DNA of 64,000 bases from a virus. Of this stretch, positions 63,449 through 64,000 are shown one piece after another. Location of the stretch: IMG/VR virus record IMGVR_UViG_3300031857_000130, positions 3,562 through 67,561 of that record; one strand, given 5' to 3'. The translations under genes were made by a program, and so were the position numbers. Within the stretch, counting starts at the first letter, position 1. Each line of letters starts with the position of its first letter. The notes under the pieces are model-generated. The model searched no databases. It was not told where the DNA came from and worked only from the letters and a program-made list of their open reading frames with translations.

Positions 63449-63735
63449 TTTTGGGCTATGTTTGTCCAGTCTGCGAGGATGTGAGGCACCGTCTCAAGGG
63501 ACACCGCTGCTCAAAGCTGGATGGTGAGCACGGACTTGCTGCCGCTACCATGAGAGCATGGGAGCAAGAGTGGGGAGACGGAGCCAGCGGAGATGCTGGC
63601 GCGATGCTCAGGCGAGAACTGCGGAGCGTAATCCGCCGCTACGGTCAGGAGTCGGACGTGACCGCATATCAGGCCATCGGCGCGCTCCGCATGGTGGAAC
63701 ATGATATTGTGGACATGCTCGACTGCGCAGCGTGA
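63379..63735 (+). CDS. Cassette ORF, hypothetical (CxxC)
   Basis: ATG lies in the loop of attC-A; stop lies just before attC-B. Confidence 0.7.
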   Translation: MSTLETTDTAVQATRTWMHRFVRLLGYVCPVCEDVRHRLKGHRCSKLDGEHGLAAATMRAWEQEWGDGASGDAGAMLRRELRSVIRRYGQESDVTAYQAIGALRMVEHDIVDMLDCAA

Positions 63736-63736
63736 A

Positions 63737-63875
63737 GGCGAACGCTCAATCTCTGCCAACCCTGGGGCACGACCAGGACAACACGACAAAGGCCCAATAA
63801 CATGACCGAAGCAAGCACACTAACAATGACCCAAGACCAGCCCCAGAGGTTGGTAGCAGAGCCGGGTTGTCCGCC
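63737..63875 (-). mobile_element. attC-like site B
   Basis: Minus strand ggcgGAC-aacccgg-ctctgctaccaacctctgggg...ccccagggttggcagag-attgagc-GTTcgcc. Confidence 0.75.
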
Positions 63876-64000
63876 CGAATGGCTGGAAGAGATAGTCGAA
63901 ACTATCGGCATTACCGATGGCGTCGATCTCGTTGAATGGCACCTAGACCAGACGGGCGACTACATCGTCAAAATCGAATACGGCGAGGAAGAAATGAGCT
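63802..64000 (+). CDS. Cassette ORF, partial (runs off the window)
   Basis: MTEASTLTMTQDQPQRLVAEPGCPPEWLEE...; start lies in the attC-B loop. Confidence 0.65.
   Translation, partial: MTEASTLTMTQDQPQRLVAEPGCPPEWLEEIVETIGITDGVDLVEWHLDQTGDYIVKIEYGEEEMS

Noticed and set aside
1-64000. Stop-codon reassignment, or an intI/integrase gene in the window
   Set aside because: Genes are full length in the standard code with all three stops used; no tyrosine-recombinase motif set was recognised in any ORF.

Overview
The window is 64 kb of a tailed dsDNA bacteriophage genome. It is podovirus-like by inference: it has a giant ejected/internal protein and no tape-measure or sheath genes in view. The host is unknown. 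Modules in order: a 3379-aa polyvalent protein with metallopeptidase, LPD23-like, ART-like and TGT/DpdA-like modules (1.5-11.6 kb); a methyltransferase/glycosyltransferase cluster; a lysis region with a CHAP endolysin, an intein-containing metallophosphoesterase and a PAS-domain membrane protein; tail fibre and major capsid genes; a Dps-like gene, tRNA-Trp and a triple-glycosyltransferase fusion; portal, scaffold and TerL; HNH genes, a TerS-like gene and a putative packaging/terminus region; an early-gene array punctuated by repeated RNA-like structures; a cluster of structured ncRNAs; RecT/RecE-like, RuvC-like, replication initiator and DnaB genes. The strongest unexplained signal is two arrays of integron attC-type gene cassettes inside phage operons (41.7-43.1 kb and 63.3-64 kb). 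Each complete cassette has a core site exactly complementary to its own inverse-core site. All cassette ORFs are inverted relative to attC, several have start or stop codons inside the attC, and there is no integrase in the window. All protein calls come from motif recognition, not database searches.
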